DNA of 25,242 nucleotides from positions 1 through 25,242 of IMG/VR virus record IMGVR_UViG_3300010149_000159; one strand, written 5' to 3'. Made by a program: the position numbers and the translations under genes. Positions 24,007-25,242 of the stretch are shown here, in pieces. The DNA is from a virus. Its lineage: Duplodnaviria; Caudoviricetes. The first letter of the stretch is position 1. Every line of letters starts with the position of its first letter. The notes below the pieces were generated by a model. The model had not been told where the DNA came from. It saw only the letters and a list, made by a program, of their open reading frames with translations, and ran no database searches.

Positions 24007-24806
24007 TTTTCAATAAGTTTTGTAGTAAATTTAGACCATCTAATACTTACTTTAGGTTTTCCACTGTCTTTAATCTTTCCTAATTTTACAATCATTGGCC
24101 ATTTTCGCTTTAATTCATTAGCTGTAATTTTTTTATTCTGATTATTGCTATATTGAGTATCTGAATTCCCGCCCTTCAAGGTTCCTTGCACTGGCTTATT
24201 AAAAACAAAAGCATTAATAAGAGCAGTGCAGTACCCTCTGCTCAGAACTTGCAAAGAAAAATCTGTATCCTCAATAATATCTGGCCTCCAGTAACAGCTT
24301 GTTCCGTTGGTTACTAAAACGCAGCTATAAACCTGCTGGTTAAGTTGAAAAGGCTTATTTTGTGCAAAAGCTAAAAAAGCGTGTCTTAATCCTGCTATTC
24401 CAATATTTGTAAATTTCCCTGTAAAAGTTTCTACACAATCTATTGCTGCTAAAAAATCAGTTGTTTTAGATTTGCCCTTTGTAACTTTTCTAATTTCAGT
24501 AACATTGTCATCTATTTGCCAATGTTTATCTTCTCCTAAGGATTCGGAATATTTTTTGATCCAAGTTCTTCTAAATGCTACATCAAATCCTGTTATCTTA
24601 CTTTTTTCCTTAAATTCCTGTAGCTCCTTATCAGGCAGAGTTAGAATTTTTTCATCAGAAAATTGTTTAGCATATAAATTTGCTTCTGATTCTTCAGTAA
24701 CAATTTTAAAATCTATTCCTTCATTGGATAAGTTTTGCGCTGTGAAACAGCAATCATGCCTACCCCTGCTAGGAATATAGATAGTATGATTATTCTTCAC
24801 CTTCAT
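24003..24806 (-). CDS. Second TAGT/GREB1-like glycosyltransferase (paralog)
   Basis: IYIPSRGR, HWQIDDN, VYSCVL, EDTDFSLQVL and LKGGN; collinear with the downstream paralog. Confidence 0.78.
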   Translation of the reverse strand: MKVKNNHTIYIPSRGRHDCCFTAQNLSNEGIDFKIVTEESEANLYAKQFSDEKILTLPDKELQEFKEKSKITGFDVAFRRTWIKKYSESLGEDKHWQIDDNVTEIRKVTKGKSKTTDFLAAIDCVETFTGKFTNIGIAGLRHAFLAFAQNKPFQLNQQVYSCVLVTNGTSCYWRPDIIEDTDFSLQVLSRGYCTALINAFVFNKPVQGTLKGGNSDTQYSNNQNKKITANELKRKWPMIVKLGKIKDSGKPKVSIRWSKFTTKLIEK

Positions 24807-25242
24807 CCTCGTAACGTAAAGAAGAGCGATCTTCCCTGTCTTTATAAGGCCACCAAGTTGTCCAAGCGTTTTCTCTTACTCTGCATTTCAAATCATATTT
24901 ATCATTAAATTCTTTGCGAGCTTCTTCTGTTTCAAAATTAATACTCATTCTAAAAGTATCTTTTGATTCAAAATCAGGCATTCCAGCCCAGTGATCTGCT
25001 TCGTCTTTATCAGCGATTTCATCAGAATCTCTTGTAACCATTAATAGATTAGAAAGCATTAATTCATCAAAACCTGTTCCTAAAAGTCCGTCTATATCAT
25101 TATCATTAATTTCCTTTAGCAGATTTGTTAGGCTTCTGTCATCAACTTCAGCCAAGCGACCTACCTCATTGTCAGCAGCTAATATTTTCTTTGCCTGTAT
25201 AGAATCATGAGCAATCGGAATAGTGACAGTAGGAATTTCTTC
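24790..25242 (-). CDS. ParB-like N-terminal domain protein, C-terminal part (5' end outside the window)
   Basis: The frame is open to the window edge. EIPTVTI...AKKILAADNEVGRLAEVDDRSLTNLL matches the end of phage ParB/Srx-like domains, followed by WAGMPDF. Confidence 0.7.
   Translation of the reverse strand, partial: EEIPTVTIPIAHDSIQAKKILAADNEVGRLAEVDDRSLTNLLKEINDNDIDGLLGTGFDELMLSNLLMVTRDSDEIADKDEADHWAGMPDFESKDTFRMSINFETEEARKEFNDKYDLKCRVRENAWTTWWPYKDREDRSSLRYEDEGEE

Larger units (their letters stand above)
1..25242 (-). mobile_element. Tailed dsDNA bacteriophage genome segment (siphovirus-like); free phage versus prophage not determinable
   Basis: Co-oriented terminase, portal, protease/scaffold, capsid, head-tail, tail tube, chaperone, tape measure and tail fibre genes in canonical order. 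No host housekeeping genes, integrase or att site seen. Confidence 0.97.

Noticed and set aside
21660-24780. Plus-strand ORFs 21660-21887, 23699-23992 and 24472-24780
   Set aside because: Antisense to the terminase and glycosyltransferase genes, with no independent support.
1-25242. tRNA, rRNA, intron/intein or alternative genetic code
   Set aside because: No cloverleaf or rRNA-like stretch noticed. Core genes are of normal length and uninterrupted, and TAA, TAG and TGA all serve as stops.

Overview
The window is a 25 kb piece of a tailed dsDNA phage genome (siphovirus-like, lambda-type terminase and portal). Essentially all genes are on the minus strand. From right to left it holds: a partial ParB-like gene, two tandem TAGT/GREB1-like glycosyltransferases, the GpA-family terminase, an NDP-sugar epimerase, an inserted winged-helix cassette, the head and tail module, a tail fibre, a glycosyltransferase and a sulfotransferase-like gene, a cluster of small membrane/lysis-type genes, a metallophosphoesterase, an array of small 'early-type' cassettes (one is DUF932-like), and a partial UDP-glucose dehydrogenase. 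The most striking unannotated signal is regulatory. The only evident plus-strand transcription unit (about 3564-3630; TTGACA-17-TAGATT promoter, 5' hairpin, single-stranded core, intrinsic terminator) looks like a ~70 nt small RNA. Its core is antisense to a motif in the translation-initiation region of six genes, all downstream of a repeated TTTTTTGTTTACA promoter, and one of them lies 16 kb away inside the head operon. A second motif (TGGGACAA) precedes late genes. Protein calls come from motif recognition and gene order only; no database search was run.
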